Below the pieces are notes generated by a model. The model had not been told where the DNA came from. It saw only the letters and a program-made list of their open reading frames with translations, and did not search any database. From the sequence record OL770074.2: a DNA stretch of 64,000 nt. One strand, written 5' to 3'. The translations under genes were made by a program, and so were the position numbers. Shown piece after piece: positions 35,856-44,498 of the stretch. Source of the stretch: Escherichia phage vB_EcoM-RPN187. How positions within the stretch are numbered: the stretch's first letter is position 1; every line of letters starts with the position of its first letter.

Positions 35856-37544
35856 TTATGAAACAGTCATTACCGTAAATCGTCCAACTTTGCTCATCTG
35901 AAGATGCTGTCCATACCGTTGAGGGTCATGGTCTCGATGAGAGATAATGAACACATTAGTATTTTGTAAACTTCCAAGAATGGTATCTATAGCCTTAACA
36001 GCCTCAGAATCGACAGCGCCATCAAAAACCTCATCAAGAATCAGAGTGTTGATTTTAACACCAGAGACCTTTTCAGCAATATCTCGCCATGTAAACAACA
36101 ATGCGATATCGATACGTGCCTTTTCACCTTGACTAAATGAAGCATAACTAAAATCTTCACGACCACGTGATTTTATAGATTCATTGAATTCTTCGTCAAT
36201 AGAAAACACGTAATCAGCTTCCATGATTTTAAGATAATAGTTAATCTGCTTGTTGAACAGAGGCACATATTTTTTAATGATAGCACCTTTAATACCAGAA
36301 TCTTTTAACATATCTGTGATAATACCACGATGGTATTTTTCAAGAACGATATCCGATTTTGTTTTAATGATTTTATCAAGTTCTTTTTGAAGCAAAGCTA
36401 TCTCATCGGCATGGTCGATAAATTCCGCTGAGGCTTGTTCTATTGCAGCTTTAACTTTCTTAGCTTTATCAATAGTGGCAATCATTGCTTGTTTCTTGGT
36501 ACGAATATCAGATGCAAGGTCCTGTTTAGTCTTAACATTAGCTCTATATTCGTCCACTAGGACACTCAGATTATCTCTGTGACATGTAAGTTGCTCGAAT
36601 GAGTGATTACATTCGTGAAGCTTATCGGTAATCTTAGAGACAATAGGATCACCCTGGTGCAACTGTGATGCACAAGTAGGACATGTGCCGCCGTCATGAT
36701 ACATCTTAATAACTTTGTTATATGAGTCAATTTTAGATTTAATCAAGAATGCTTCTTGTCCTATCTTGTTGAATGCCTCAGTAGGGTCTTCATCAAGAAC
36801 GATATTAAGTAGTCGCTCATTAGCTTCTTCGATTTCTGCTTTTAATGAACGAGCTTCTTTGGCTAGGTCGTCATACATATTCTGTAGACGCGCTACATTA
36901 TCACCAGATAATTTCTTTTGACGTTCGATATTCTCGTTATAAATCTTAATTTGTTGGATAACACCATCTTTCTTGGCATCGAGAACTTGTCCCTGGGAAT
37001 TAAGTTCTCGAACTTGAGACTTATTGATTTTATCCATTTCAGCGAGTGTGCCGACTTCTAAAAGGTCTTCAACAAGTTTTCTGCGAGCAGGGGTGCTAAG
37101 AGCCATGAAAGGGGTATACCCTGCCGTCCCAAGCACAACGATTTGTTTAAAAGACGCGTATGACATTCCGATGCTACGTTCAAATTCTTCTTGGAAGTCA
37201 CGACTGCTGGCAGATTCATCAAGACGAACACCGTCAACGGAGATTTCGAAAATATTGGGCTTTTGGCCACGTTTAATGAAGTATTTTTTACCATCAAATT
37301 CCATCCAAAGCTCAACTAAGAGCTCTTTCTTGTTCGTGCTATTAATGATTTGCCCTTTCTTAACATCACGAAATGGTTTACCGAAAAGTCCAAAAGTAAT
37401 GGCTTCTAACATCGTAGATTTACCACCACCATTTTTACCAGTGATTAATGTCTTTTGGACTTTATCTAATTGGATGTCAATAGGATTCCCGCCTACCGAC
37501 ATGATGTTTTGATAACGAACACGATTTAATTTAAATGATTTCAT
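35856..37544 (-). CDS. 46: recombination/repair ATPase gp46 (Rad50/SbcC-like)
   Basis: 562 aa; Walker A GKNGGGKST, coiled coil, CPTC zinc hook, C-terminal LILDEVFDG. Confidence 0.88.
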   Translation of the reverse strand: MKSFKLNRVRYQNIMSVGGNPIDIQLDKVQKTLITGKNGGGKSTMLEAITFGLFGKPFRDVKKGQIINSTNKKELLVELWMEFDGKKYFIKRGQKPNIFEISVDGVRLDESASSRDFQEEFERSIGMSYASFKQIVVLGTAGYTPFMALSTPARRKLVEDLLEVGTLAEMDKINKSQVRELNSQGQVLDAKKDGVIQQIKIYNENIERQKKLSGDNVARLQNMYDDLAKEARSLKAEIEEANERLLNIVLDEDPTEAFNKIGQEAFLIKSKIDSYNKVIKMYHDGGTCPTCASQLHQGDPIVSKITDKLHECNHSFEQLTCHRDNLSVLVDEYRANVKTKQDLASDIRTKKQAMIATIDKAKKVKAAIEQASAEFIDHADEIALLQKELDKIIKTKSDIVLEKYHRGIITDMLKDSGIKGAIIKKYVPLFNKQINYYLKIMEADYVFSIDEEFNESIKSRGREDFSYASFSQGEKARIDIALLFTWRDIAEKVSGVKINTLILDEVFDGAVDSEAVKAIDTILGSLQNTNVFIISHRDHDPQRYGQHLQMSKVGRFTVMTVS

Positions 37545-37780
37545 ATGTATTCTCTTCGAATGAAGTCCTCTACATATTTTAACATGTCATCTCTATCAGC
37601 AAAATATTCATCTAGTTCTGCATACATAACAACACCCGGTGCGTACTCACAGGTAACATACATTGTTCCAAAGAAACGAGGAGTTGATTCCTCGTAATTC
37701 TCAGTCCATTCAACGACACCAATATAACCGTCACCAATACTAAATTCATGACGTTGGATTTCGTAATCAGTCTTCGTCAT
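37541..37780 (-). CDS. hypothetical small protein
   Basis: ATG (MTKTDY) with SD GAGGA; ORF-track start TTG. Confidence 0.45.
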   Translation of the reverse strand: MTKTDYEIQRHEFSIGDGYIGVVEWTENYEESTPRFFGTMYVTCEYAPGVVMYAELDEYFADRDDMLKYVEDFIRREYI

Positions 37781-38024
37781 TATACGCGTCCTCAATACAC
37801 GCTTCAGCCATTTTAAGAATAGAGCCAGGAGTATCGTTGTCCATTATATTAAAGCTAAATTCAATAGCCCAGTCAGTGCAGACATGAACTGCTTTAACTT
37901 CATTGCCTTCAACGCGTAATGGCTCAATCCAATACTTGATAGTGTTCTCGAATCCATCATCATCTTTAACGTCCATTTCAACTTCAAGCCTGAGTCCAGC
38001 ATTGTTAAATTCATCTAAAGTCAT
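37767..38024 (-). CDS. hypothetical small acidic protein
   Basis: 85 aa; ATGA overlap with gp47 stop. Confidence 0.45.
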   Translation of the reverse strand: MTLDEFNNAGLRLEVEMDVKDDDGFENTIKYWIEPLRVEGNEVKAVHVCTDWAIEFSFNIMDNDTPGSILKMAEACIEDAYNDED

Positions 38025-39040
38025 TGTGTTGCCTCAATATAAAGTTCGTTGGAATATTTGACCAGCGCTTCTCTGTCTTCGTCTGAGATATCTGGAATCG
38101 CGTCAATATATTCTTTAATGATATCTTGAAGTGATTTAATCTCGATTTCCTGGTCGTCATCAGATTCAACACTGTTATCAACTTTAGAAACCATACGAAG
38201 AGAGTGAACTACTTTTTCAAGTTCAGATTCAAACTTAGTCAACTCTGAATCAATTTCTGATACTATAACACGTACGGCTAGATTAGTATAATCAGAATAA
38301 TTGATTTTGCCTTTAAACGGATAAGTGATTCGTCGATGCCATGTTGTTTCATTAGGAATAAATTCCATACGTTCAACATCGGTGTCAAATACCCAGAATC
38401 CTCGAGGGTCGTTTTCATCACCTGCAGTAAGGGTCCATGGTGTCCCAATATATTTGACGTTAGCAGCTTCAGAGATTGTGTGGAAGTGGCCGGACCAGAC
38501 TTGTTTATAGGTCTTTAAAAAATCAGGTTCAAGCCCATGAGACTTCATTCCTTTATAGAAATAAAAACCATTCAGTTCCCAGTGCCCAACACAATACGCG
38601 GCAGAAGAAGTCTTGATGTGCTCTAAGATTTCACCAGTATTTTCTTCGCACATCCAAGGAATTAAATCAATCAAACATCCGTCAAAATCTACTGTAGTAG
38701 GCTTATCATATACTTTAACATTAGGATATTTAGCTAAAAGCTCAGTAGAAGCGTTTGGAGTTAAAGTATTTTTAAAGTGCATATCATGGTTTCCTACAAC
38801 AGTATGTAGGGTAATACCAGCCTCATCAAGCATTTGAACTATTTCACGTGCGAACTCCATAGTTTTATGCGTGATTGCTTTTCGCACATCAAAAATATCG
38901 CCGTATTGAATCCATGTAGTAATTCCATTTTTCTTAGAATATTCTATCGCCTGCTTAATTCCATCCAACTGAATGGATTGAACCCACTCATCATCGGCTT
39001 TAACACCTAAATGCCAATCACCTAAATTTAAAATTTTCAT
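38021..39040 (-). CDS. 47: recombination nuclease gp47 (Mre11/SbcD-like)
   Basis: 339 aa; phosphoesterase motifs GDWHLG, GDIFD, GNHD; SD GAGGAAA. Confidence 0.9.
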   Translation of the reverse strand: MKILNLGDWHLGVKADDEWVQSIQLDGIKQAIEYSKKNGITTWIQYGDIFDVRKAITHKTMEFAREIVQMLDEAGITLHTVVGNHDMHFKNTLTPNASTELLAKYPNVKVYDKPTTVDFDGCLIDLIPWMCEENTGEILEHIKTSSAAYCVGHWELNGFYFYKGMKSHGLEPDFLKTYKQVWSGHFHTISEAANVKYIGTPWTLTAGDENDPRGFWVFDTDVERMEFIPNETTWHRRITYPFKGKINYSDYTNLAVRVIVSEIDSELTKFESELEKVVHSLRMVSKVDNSVESDDDQEIEIKSLQDIIKEYIDAIPDISDEDREALVKYSNELYIEATQ

Positions 39041-39086
39041 ATTATTTCCTCATTAGTTAATTCATTCTATCATCCGTTTATAAAGC

Positions 39087-39114
39087 AAAAAAAAAAGGAA
39101 CTCCGAAGAGTTCC
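39087..39114 (-). terminator. rho-independent terminator GGAACUC-UUCG-GAGUUCC followed by U10
   Basis: perfect 7-bp stem, UUCG loop, 10 A on plus strand. Confidence 0.7.
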
Positions 39115-39287
39115 TATCCACATAGTACACCGTACAGAGGCTCATTTGAACTTTTAAATCGAATGGGCTTGTATGTAATAGTTCCTTCGGCTTTAGCTTT
39201 ATCATAAGACTCTTTAAAACGTCTCATTCTTTCTGCTTTGCCTTTACGGATTTTATCGAAATTTTCAGAAGTCGGGATGTTCGTCAT
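39114..39287 (-). CDS. possible small basic protein (57 aa)
   Basis: own translation MTNIPTSENFDKIRKGKAERMRRFKESYDK...; SD GAGAGG; stop inside terminator stem. Confidence 0.3.
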   Translation of the reverse strand: MTNIPTSENFDKIRKGKAERMRRFKESYDKAKAEGTITYKPIRFKSSNEPLYGVLCG

Positions 39288-39326
39288 GCATAAGCACCTC
39301 TCAGAAAATGCCTAAATCGATTTCTC

Positions 39327-39533
39327 TCATCGTTTCCACCATTTCTTAACTTGAAATGAATCAACCCACACGAGTTGTTTTGGGTCTGCCTTTACAATAG
39401 GCGGACAAATTTCTGTAATAGAACCGTCGTGATATTCCTTTTCAGAGATTTTAACGCAAAGAGGACCTCCCAATTTAAGGGTGAACCCTGCGTTCAGCTT
39501 CAGACGTTTAAACTTTGTTTGAACTAGCGCCAT
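39327..39533 (-). CDS. hypothetical small protein
   Basis: ATG (MALVQTKF) with SD GAGGA; ORF-track start TTG. Confidence 0.4.
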   Translation of the reverse strand: MALVQTKFKRLKLNAGFTLKLGGPLCVKISEKEYHDGSITEICPPIVKADPKQLVWVDSFQVKKWWKR

Positions 39534-39831
39534 TAATGATGTCCTCAATAGCCTGACGAGTAGTAACCCACTGGATTTTAATTAACTTGTCGTTATATGG
39601 TTGTCGTAGAATATCCCGAGATTTCTTAATAGCATATTCGTAAGCTTCGAAGTTGTTTTGAATTGCTGCTTCTTGAGCATGAGCATAAAGACGGTTTAGT
39701 TCAAAACGATTCTTTTTAAGAATCTTTTCGGATTTTTTACGTGCTTCAGCTTCATTTTTCTTTTGGATTTCTTGTAGCATTTTAGCTACTGCATCTTCTG
39801 CTTCTTTATTTTCAATAATCTCGGTAGTCAT
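39508..39831 (-). CDS. hypothetical protein
   Basis: 107 aa, ATG. Confidence 0.5.
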   Translation of the reverse strand: MTTEIIENKEAEDAVAKMLQEIQKKNEAEARKKSEKILKKNRFELNRLYAHAQEAAIQNNFEAYEYAIKKSRDILRQPYNDKLIKIQWVTTRQAIEDIINGASSNKV

Positions 39832-39832
39832 A

Positions 39833-40048
39833 TTATCTCATTAAATTAAAATAAAAACGTCCATCCTCTTCAATACAGAACTCATACTCAACCGGAGTCC
39901 CATTTATCGAAAATGACACGTCATGTGGGTTCAAAGGGTCGATGTCAAAATTAATTTTAAATTCACGACCCAACAGTTTTACCAAATAAGGGATTGCTTC
40001 GTCAAAAGGTTCTTCTAAGTAGTTAGAGATGTCAATTGTCATCCTCAT
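39833..40048 (-). CDS. hypothetical small protein (start uncertain)
   Basis: internal ATG chosen because longer ORF overlaps gp55 by about 95 nt. Confidence 0.35.
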   Translation of the reverse strand: MRMTIDISNYLEEPFDEAIPYLVKLLGREFKINFDIDPLNPHDVSFSINGTPVEYEFCIEEDGRFYFNLMR

Positions 40049-40589
40049 ATAAAAAATCCAAACTAGGCGAATCGCTAACAACTTCCTTCTTTTCAGCCCC
40101 AGGAGCTTTATAAGCGGATTCTTCATAATGCGTCATTTTATCGTAGATGTCTTGAATAAACGTTTCATCTACCAACGCTACCATATCATCGTCATGACTG
40201 TCGTAGACGTTATGAACGAAGTAACTATATTTCTTTGCAACTTCCTTACGTTCTTTTTTGATACGTTGGACAAAAGCATTAAAACAAGCTCGAGTTATGT
40301 ATGCATGTGGGTTATTGTACTTAGTTTCGTCGAAATTATGAAGTCCCTTAATAGAGGCTTCAATCCCATCTGCAATCATCTCCTGCTTCCAAGACTGGGT
40401 ATATCCTGAAAAGTTGAAACGTTTGGACAGGCCTTCAGCGATAAGCATAATTGCTAAACCGATGGTATCATTCTGACGAATAATTTTGTTTGGGTCTTTA
40501 TTATTTAAGAGCTCCTTTTTCCACTCGATTATAGCGGCGAGAAGCTCTTTATTATTCACATAGTTATTTTTAGGTTTTTGTTCAGTCAT
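40032..40589 (-). CDS. 55: late-transcription sigma factor gp55
   Basis: 185 aa as T4 gp55; N-terminus [17 protein letters not shown] resembles recalled T4 gp55; SD AGAGGT. Confidence 0.85.
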   Translation of the reverse strand: MTEQKPKNNYVNNKELLAAIIEWKKELLNNKDPNKIIRQNDTIGLAIMLIAEGLSKRFNFSGYTQSWKQEMIADGIEASIKGLHNFDETKYNNPHAYITRACFNAFVQRIKKERKEVAKKYSYFVHNVYDSHDDDMVALVDETFIQDIYDKMTHYEESAYKAPGAEKKEVVSDSPSLDFLYEDDN

Positions 40590-40661
40590 AAGTACCTCTT
40601 AGCTCAATTCATAGGTCTATTATATCATAATATTTAGAGACCTATCTTAAAGCACGAGATA

Positions 40662-40931
40662 CTATCGGAGCAAACAATAAGCCTGAAACACTTTTTCCAT
40701 TAAACGTTTGAACTCATGGATATCGATATAAAGCTCAGTAAGACCGGCATTATAAAGAAAATCTAAAAAGTTCTCATGTGTTTCGTTATAGTCGCCTTCG
40801 TTTAATTGAGATACATGAGTTTCCCAAAAACCAACACCTTTAACGAATGGAAAATACGTGACTTTCATGTATTCGTCAACATAAAATTCGCCCAGCTTTT
40901 CTTCAGTTATACTGATTCGAGTTAATTTCAT
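40662..40931 (-). CDS. hypothetical protein
   Basis: 89 aa, ATG, SD AGGAA. Confidence 0.5.
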   Translation of the reverse strand: MKLTRISITEEKLGEFYVDEYMKVTYFPFVKGVGFWETHVSQLNEGDYNETHENFLDFLYNAGLTELYIDIHEFKRLMEKVFQAYCLLR

Positions 40932-41155
40932 TCTAGTTCCTTTGCTGCTTCAAGAGCATCATCCAACGAATCAAATTGGTCAACGAAATCGATATTCAAC
41001 GCATCGTCAGCCGTAGCATATAGCCACCATTGTTTGAATTCATATTCTAGGATAAATCCAAGCCCTTCAATCTGAGAAAGACCTAGGCTATTTGTACCAA
41101 CTTCGTAACCAGCTAGACGCAGGTCATTAATCAAAGATTCTGTTAATACGCTCAT
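40928..41155 (-). CDS. hypothetical small acidic protein
   Basis: 75 aa, ATGA overlap. Confidence 0.5.
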   Translation of the reverse strand: MSVLTESLINDLRLAGYEVGTNSLGLSQIEGLGFILEYEFKQWWLYATADDALNIDFVDQFDSLDDALEAAKELE

Positions 41156-41484
41156 TTTACCGCCTTAACAATTTTCAGGTCAACGAATTTTTTCTTACGT
41201 TGATTTTTCATACGACGGATAGTCTTTTCAGAGATTTCATGTTTCTGATAAGCTTTAGATTCAACACCAAATGCAGCAACGTCAAATTCAGAAAGAATAT
41301 ATTGTACTAGAATTTCACGAATAGAATTACGTCCAATTTTCTGGTCGTGTTTTTGCATGATTTCATAAAGACGGAATTCCCATGCGTCAAGGACTTGAGG
41401 AGTAACAATATTGCCGGATTCCAGAAGAGCAACAACTTTATCGAAAGCGAAAGAATTAACTACGTTTTTGATTTTAGTAGACAT
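41152..41484 (-). CDS. hypothetical protein
   Basis: ATG (MSTKIKNV) with SD GAGGAAA chosen over longer ORF. Confidence 0.5.
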   Translation of the reverse strand: MSTKIKNVVNSFAFDKVVALLESGNIVTPQVLDAWEFRLYEIMQKHDQKIGRNSIREILVQYILSEFDVAAFGVESKAYQKHEISEKTIRRMKNQRKKKFVDLKIVKAVK

Positions 41485-41550
41485 ATTATTTTCCTCGGTT
41501 ATTTTATTATCCAATGAGAGCATTATACTCTGCTCTCAAGAGTTTGTGCA

Positions 41551-41790
41551 TTATTCCGTGATAAGATAATGTAAATAGTTTGCTTGACGAACACTGATAT
41601 CAACACCCATATCAAAGATACCTTTATAGAACGGGTATTTGTTTTCAGTAGAATCTAGACTAAAAGCCTTTCCACCACAACTAACGGTAATAGCATCAGT
41701 TAAAGTGTCATATACAAACTTAATAGTTGAGCCATTCACTACGACTTCAAGACGTTTTTTCGATGTAATAACGTCTAATTCTTGTTCCAT
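41551..41790 (-). CDS. hypothetical small protein
   Basis: 79 aa, ATG, SD GAGGAAA. Confidence 0.5.
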   Translation of the reverse strand: MEQELDVITSKKRLEVVVNGSTIKFVYDTLTDAITVSCGGKAFSLDSTENKYPFYKGIFDMGVDISVRQANYLHYLITE

Positions 41791-41853
41791 GATATTTTCC
41801 TCATTTTAAGACGATAGGAAGATAATAACACGTCTTCCTATCGTTGTACATTA

Positions 41854-42054
41854 TTAACCGAACTTTTTAGCGCCTTTCCAGCCTTCATACATAGCTGCAC
41901 AAGTCAGTAGTACAGCGTGCTGGCATTCTTTGTATTTGTAAATCCAGAACCAACGTAAAAAGTCTTCGTCCTCAACGCCGTTGAGTTTCATATTGGCAAA
42001 GAATTCGGCACGTTCTTCACGAAGTTGCCATGACACAATATTTTCAGGATTCAT
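41854..42054 (-). CDS. hypothetical small protein
   Basis: ATG (MNPENIV) with ATGA overlap; ORF-track start GTG. Confidence 0.4.
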   Translation of the reverse strand: MNPENIVSWQLREERAEFFANMKLNGVEDEDFLRWFWIYKYKECQHAVLLTCAAMYEGWKGAKKFG

Positions 42055-42185
42055 TTTGTGTTCCACGTCCCATTTTCATCGATGAACTTAATCCAGTCAT
42101 TTACAGACCATTTAGTTGTATCACCCTTTGGATTAACATTTAAAGTATATAATCCCTGCTTAAAAAGCATTCGTTTGATATTCAT
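42051..42185 (-). CDS. possible small protein (44 aa)
   Basis: ATG (MNIKRML) 4 nt after strong SD GAGGAAA; longer track ORF overlaps neighbour by 86 nt. Confidence 0.35.
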   Translation of the reverse strand: MNIKRMLFKQGLYTLNVNPKGDTTKWSVNDWIKFIDENGTWNTK

Positions 42186-42192
42186 AATTTCC

Positions 42193-42486
42193 TCAACTGT
42201 AACGATAACATTCATTAGCTTTACGTTTGGCTTCAGTATGAGAAGTATTATAATCATAATCTTCTTTACTGTAAACATCTTTTTTCAACTTACGAACTTC
42301 TTTGCGGAGTTGTCGATTCATTTCGTTCTTGACTTCAGAATCAACGCCTTTCATACGTTTCCATTTATCTGAGCGGAAAATGTTTTCAACCATGTCTTTG
42401 TGGCTAACACCGTCAGGAGCTTTACGTTTACCAAAATAGTCGTAATCACGAACTTTCAAATCTTTACGACGATACGTTTTACCCAT
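42193..42486 (-). CDS. hypothetical basic protein
   Basis: ATG (MGKTYRR) with SD GAGGT; ORF-track start TTG. Confidence 0.45.
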   Translation of the reverse strand: MGKTYRRKDLKVRDYDYFGKRKAPDGVSHKDMVENIFRSDKWKRMKGVDSEVKNEMNRQLRKEVRKLKKDVYSKEDYDYNTSHTEAKRKANECYRYS

Positions 42487-42493
42487 AAGTACC

Positions 42494-42742
42494 TCAGAGG
42501 TTGATTGATACAATGCGTTTGATAAAATTTACTTCACTTACTGAAAGGTCTTTAAGACCAATTGATTCTAAACGCTGAGTAAGCGTCAACATTGGGATAT
42601 AGTCCCAATGTATTTTAGACGTTTGATAAGTACGGACGCCATTAGCAATTTCAACGTTCAAATCGGAAATGGTAATGAACACCAGACGTTCGTTGTTTAC
42701 ATTAAGAGTTAGAACAACTTTCTTTGAATCTAAACTAATCAT
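42494..42742 (-). CDS. hypothetical small protein
   Basis: 82 aa, ATG, SD AGGAAA. Confidence 0.5.
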   Translation of the reverse strand: MISLDSKKVVLTLNVNNERLVFITISDLNVEIANGVRTYQTSKIHWDYIPMLTLTQRLESIGLKDLSVSEVNFIKRIVSINL

Positions 42743-42921
42743 GGCTTAATTTCCTTCGCAATTGAACAGAAGATACCACGGTCACAAAGCATTTCACCAA
42801 TTTCTGGATATTTGATTGAACGGTACCAAACATCCAGGCTTGAAACTCTGGTTATCTGTACTGCATTACCATTGACAGAATAGTACTGGTCGACCTTAAT
42901 TTCTTTATCTTCAATTGTCAT
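42739..42921 (-). CDS. hypothetical small protein (60 aa)
   Basis: ATG (MTIEDKEIK) with SD GGAAA; track N-terminus translates intergenic cassette. Confidence 0.45.
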   Translation of the reverse strand: MTIEDKEIKVDQYYSVNGNAVQITRVSSLDVWYRSIKYPEIGEMLCDRGIFCSIAKEIKP

Positions 42922-42949
42922 TTTATTTTCCTCTATAGTAGATGGTTTA

Positions 42950-42978
42950 ATCTTAACACATCTATTGAGGATGTAAAC
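42950..42978 (-). promoter_or_regulatory. early promoter: -35 GTTTAC, 17 nt, -10 TAAGAT (weak)
   Basis: minus-strand read upstream of 42739..42921. Confidence 0.4.
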
Positions 42979-43070
42979 TGTTTTATGAAAATATTTTCGA
43001 TTTGAGAGGGGCACAAGGAGATAGTGAAGTGAAGATTCCAATTGGATTATATTAGAAATGAGATAAAGAA

Positions 43071-43089
43071 GACCAGGCGGCACCTGGTC
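43071..43089 (-). terminator. hairpin GACCAGG-ugccg-CCUGGUC followed by U-rich tract (terminator-like)
   Basis: 7-bp stem overlapping stop of 43088 gene; U-rich on minus. Confidence 0.45.
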
Positions 43090-43411
43090 AATCTTCTATG
43101 ATATCAGAGTCATATCCTAATGAAATCAAGGACTTTTTAAACTCTGCAATATTCTTTTGTTTCTTATCATTTAAAAATATGACAGGATAACGAATATTAA
43201 GTGAAGTGAATCCTGCACGTTTAGCAAGAGATACGATTAAAGGACGGTCATATTCAATCTTACCATTATTAGTGAGGACTTTATAAAATGTATAAGGAGC
43301 ATTGAGCTCCTTTAAAAGTTTTGTAACAGTATAACATCCCGGACAACGTCCTACTTCTTCAGGGATGCCATAAATTTCAATCTTGTTCTTTAAGTTCGAG
43401 TTTTGTTCCAC
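43088..43411 (-). CDS. glutaredoxin/NrdH-like redoxin (start uncertain, possibly GTG)
   Basis: CPGC active-site motif in C-terminal about 85 aa; longer ORF overlaps upstream gene; no internal ATG. Confidence 0.45.
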   Translation of the reverse strand: MEQNSNLKNKIEIYGIPEEVGRCPGCYTVTKLLKELNAPYTFYKVLTNNGKIEYDRPLIVSLAKRAGFTSLNIRYPVIFLNDKKQKNIAEFKKSLISLGYDSDIIED

Positions 43412-43694
43412 GAGAAATAATTCCTTGGTAAGCCCAATAAGGAGGATTAACAGAATCCTCACCAGAGTTTTCTTCAGGAAAATAAACCTGGATAACAAAT
43501 CCAGATTCATCAAAGGTAAAATAAACTGTAGGTAATTCACCTAACAATTCAGCACGATTATTAATTTCTTCGAGTTCTCGTTCACATCCAGCCCAAAAAC
43601 TAGGATTTAAACTACATTCGTAAAAATAATAGTCATTACCGAACATATCAAAACCATTCCAACTCTCAACCACATACCGCTCAAAACTAATCAT
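43377..43694 (-). CDS. hypothetical acidic protein
   Basis: 105 aa, ATG. Confidence 0.5.
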   Translation of the reverse strand: MISFERYVVESWNGFDMFGNDYYFYECSLNPSFWAGCERELEEINNRAELLGELPTVYFTFDESGFVIQVYFPEENSGEDSVNPPYWAYQGIISRGTKLELKEQD

Positions 43695-43696
43695 AA

Positions 43697-43912
43697 TTAA
43701 GCCTTTTTATCAAGAACAGAATTCAGTTTATTAGTAATTTTGTCCAAACGTTCATTGAATTCGCTGGAGGATAAACCCTTTTCCGGAGAAATTAAACTAA
43801 TCACGAAAAATACAACAGTAAAAGGAATAAGAAAAATAGCTCCAACTGCCATAAACAAAAAGAACGTTACAGTTGTAAGAAAATCAGCTAAACCTTTACG
43901 AAATTTATACAT
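43697..43912 (-). CDS. hypothetical membrane protein (1-2 TM)
   Basis: 71 aa, hydrophobic core, SD AAGGGT. Confidence 0.5.
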   Translation of the reverse strand: MYKFRKGLADFLTTVTFFLFMAVGAIFLIPFTVVFFVISLISPEKGLSSSEFNERLDKITNKLNSVLDKKA

Positions 43913-43921
43913 ATTTTACCC

Positions 43922-44035
43922 TTAATTGATTATCCAAGCATTGATAAGCACTAAACTATATTGTGAATAAAATTCTGGACCAAAATTAAAAATCATATCA
44001 TTTATAGTATCCATAATATAATTCAATTTAATCAT
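43922..44035 (-). CDS. possible small ORF (37 aa)
   Basis: ATG overlapping nrdG stop; longer track ORF overlaps nrdG by about 120 nt. Confidence 0.2.
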   Translation of the reverse strand: MIKLNYIMDTINDMIFNFGPEFYSQYSLVLINAWIIN

Positions 44036-44498
44036 GTTTCCACACCCCATCGGTATTTGACCAAAGTCGCTGATTATCTGATCCTCGCCACAGTTTTTTG
44101 GTCGGAAGATTTTTCTCATACTTCCCATCAATAATAACATCAACATATTTAAGCATTTCTAGTTGTTTAATATCTTCAAACTTATATCCTGTCCACAACC
44201 AAATGCTTTTATTGGGATAAAGATTTTTTACTGTTTGAACGATGCAATGAACAACATCTCGGTTATCAGGATAGAGAGGGTCTCCTCCAGTTATAGTTAA
44301 TCCTTCTATATAATCGTTATTCAAACATTCAATTAATTGCTCTAGTGTTTCACCCGTAAATGGAATACCATTTCTAGCGTTCCATGTTGATTTATTATAA
44401 CACCCCTCGCATTTATGCAAACAACCTGTAACGAAAAGAACGACCCTGCAACCAGGGCCATTCACAAAATCGCAAGGATAAAATCTATCATAATTCAT
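44028..44498 (-). CDS. nrdG: anaerobic ribonucleotide reductase activating protein NrdG (radical SAM)
   Basis: 156 aa; CDFVNGPGCRVVLFVTGCLHKCEGC motif; ATGA overlap with nrdD. Confidence 0.9.
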   Translation of the reverse strand: MNYDRFYPCDFVNGPGCRVVLFVTGCLHKCEGCYNKSTWNARNGIPFTGETLEQLIECLNNDYIEGLTITGGDPLYPDNRDVVHCIVQTVKNLYPNKSIWLWTGYKFEDIKQLEMLKYVDVIIDGKYEKNLPTKKLWRGSDNQRLWSNTDGVWKHD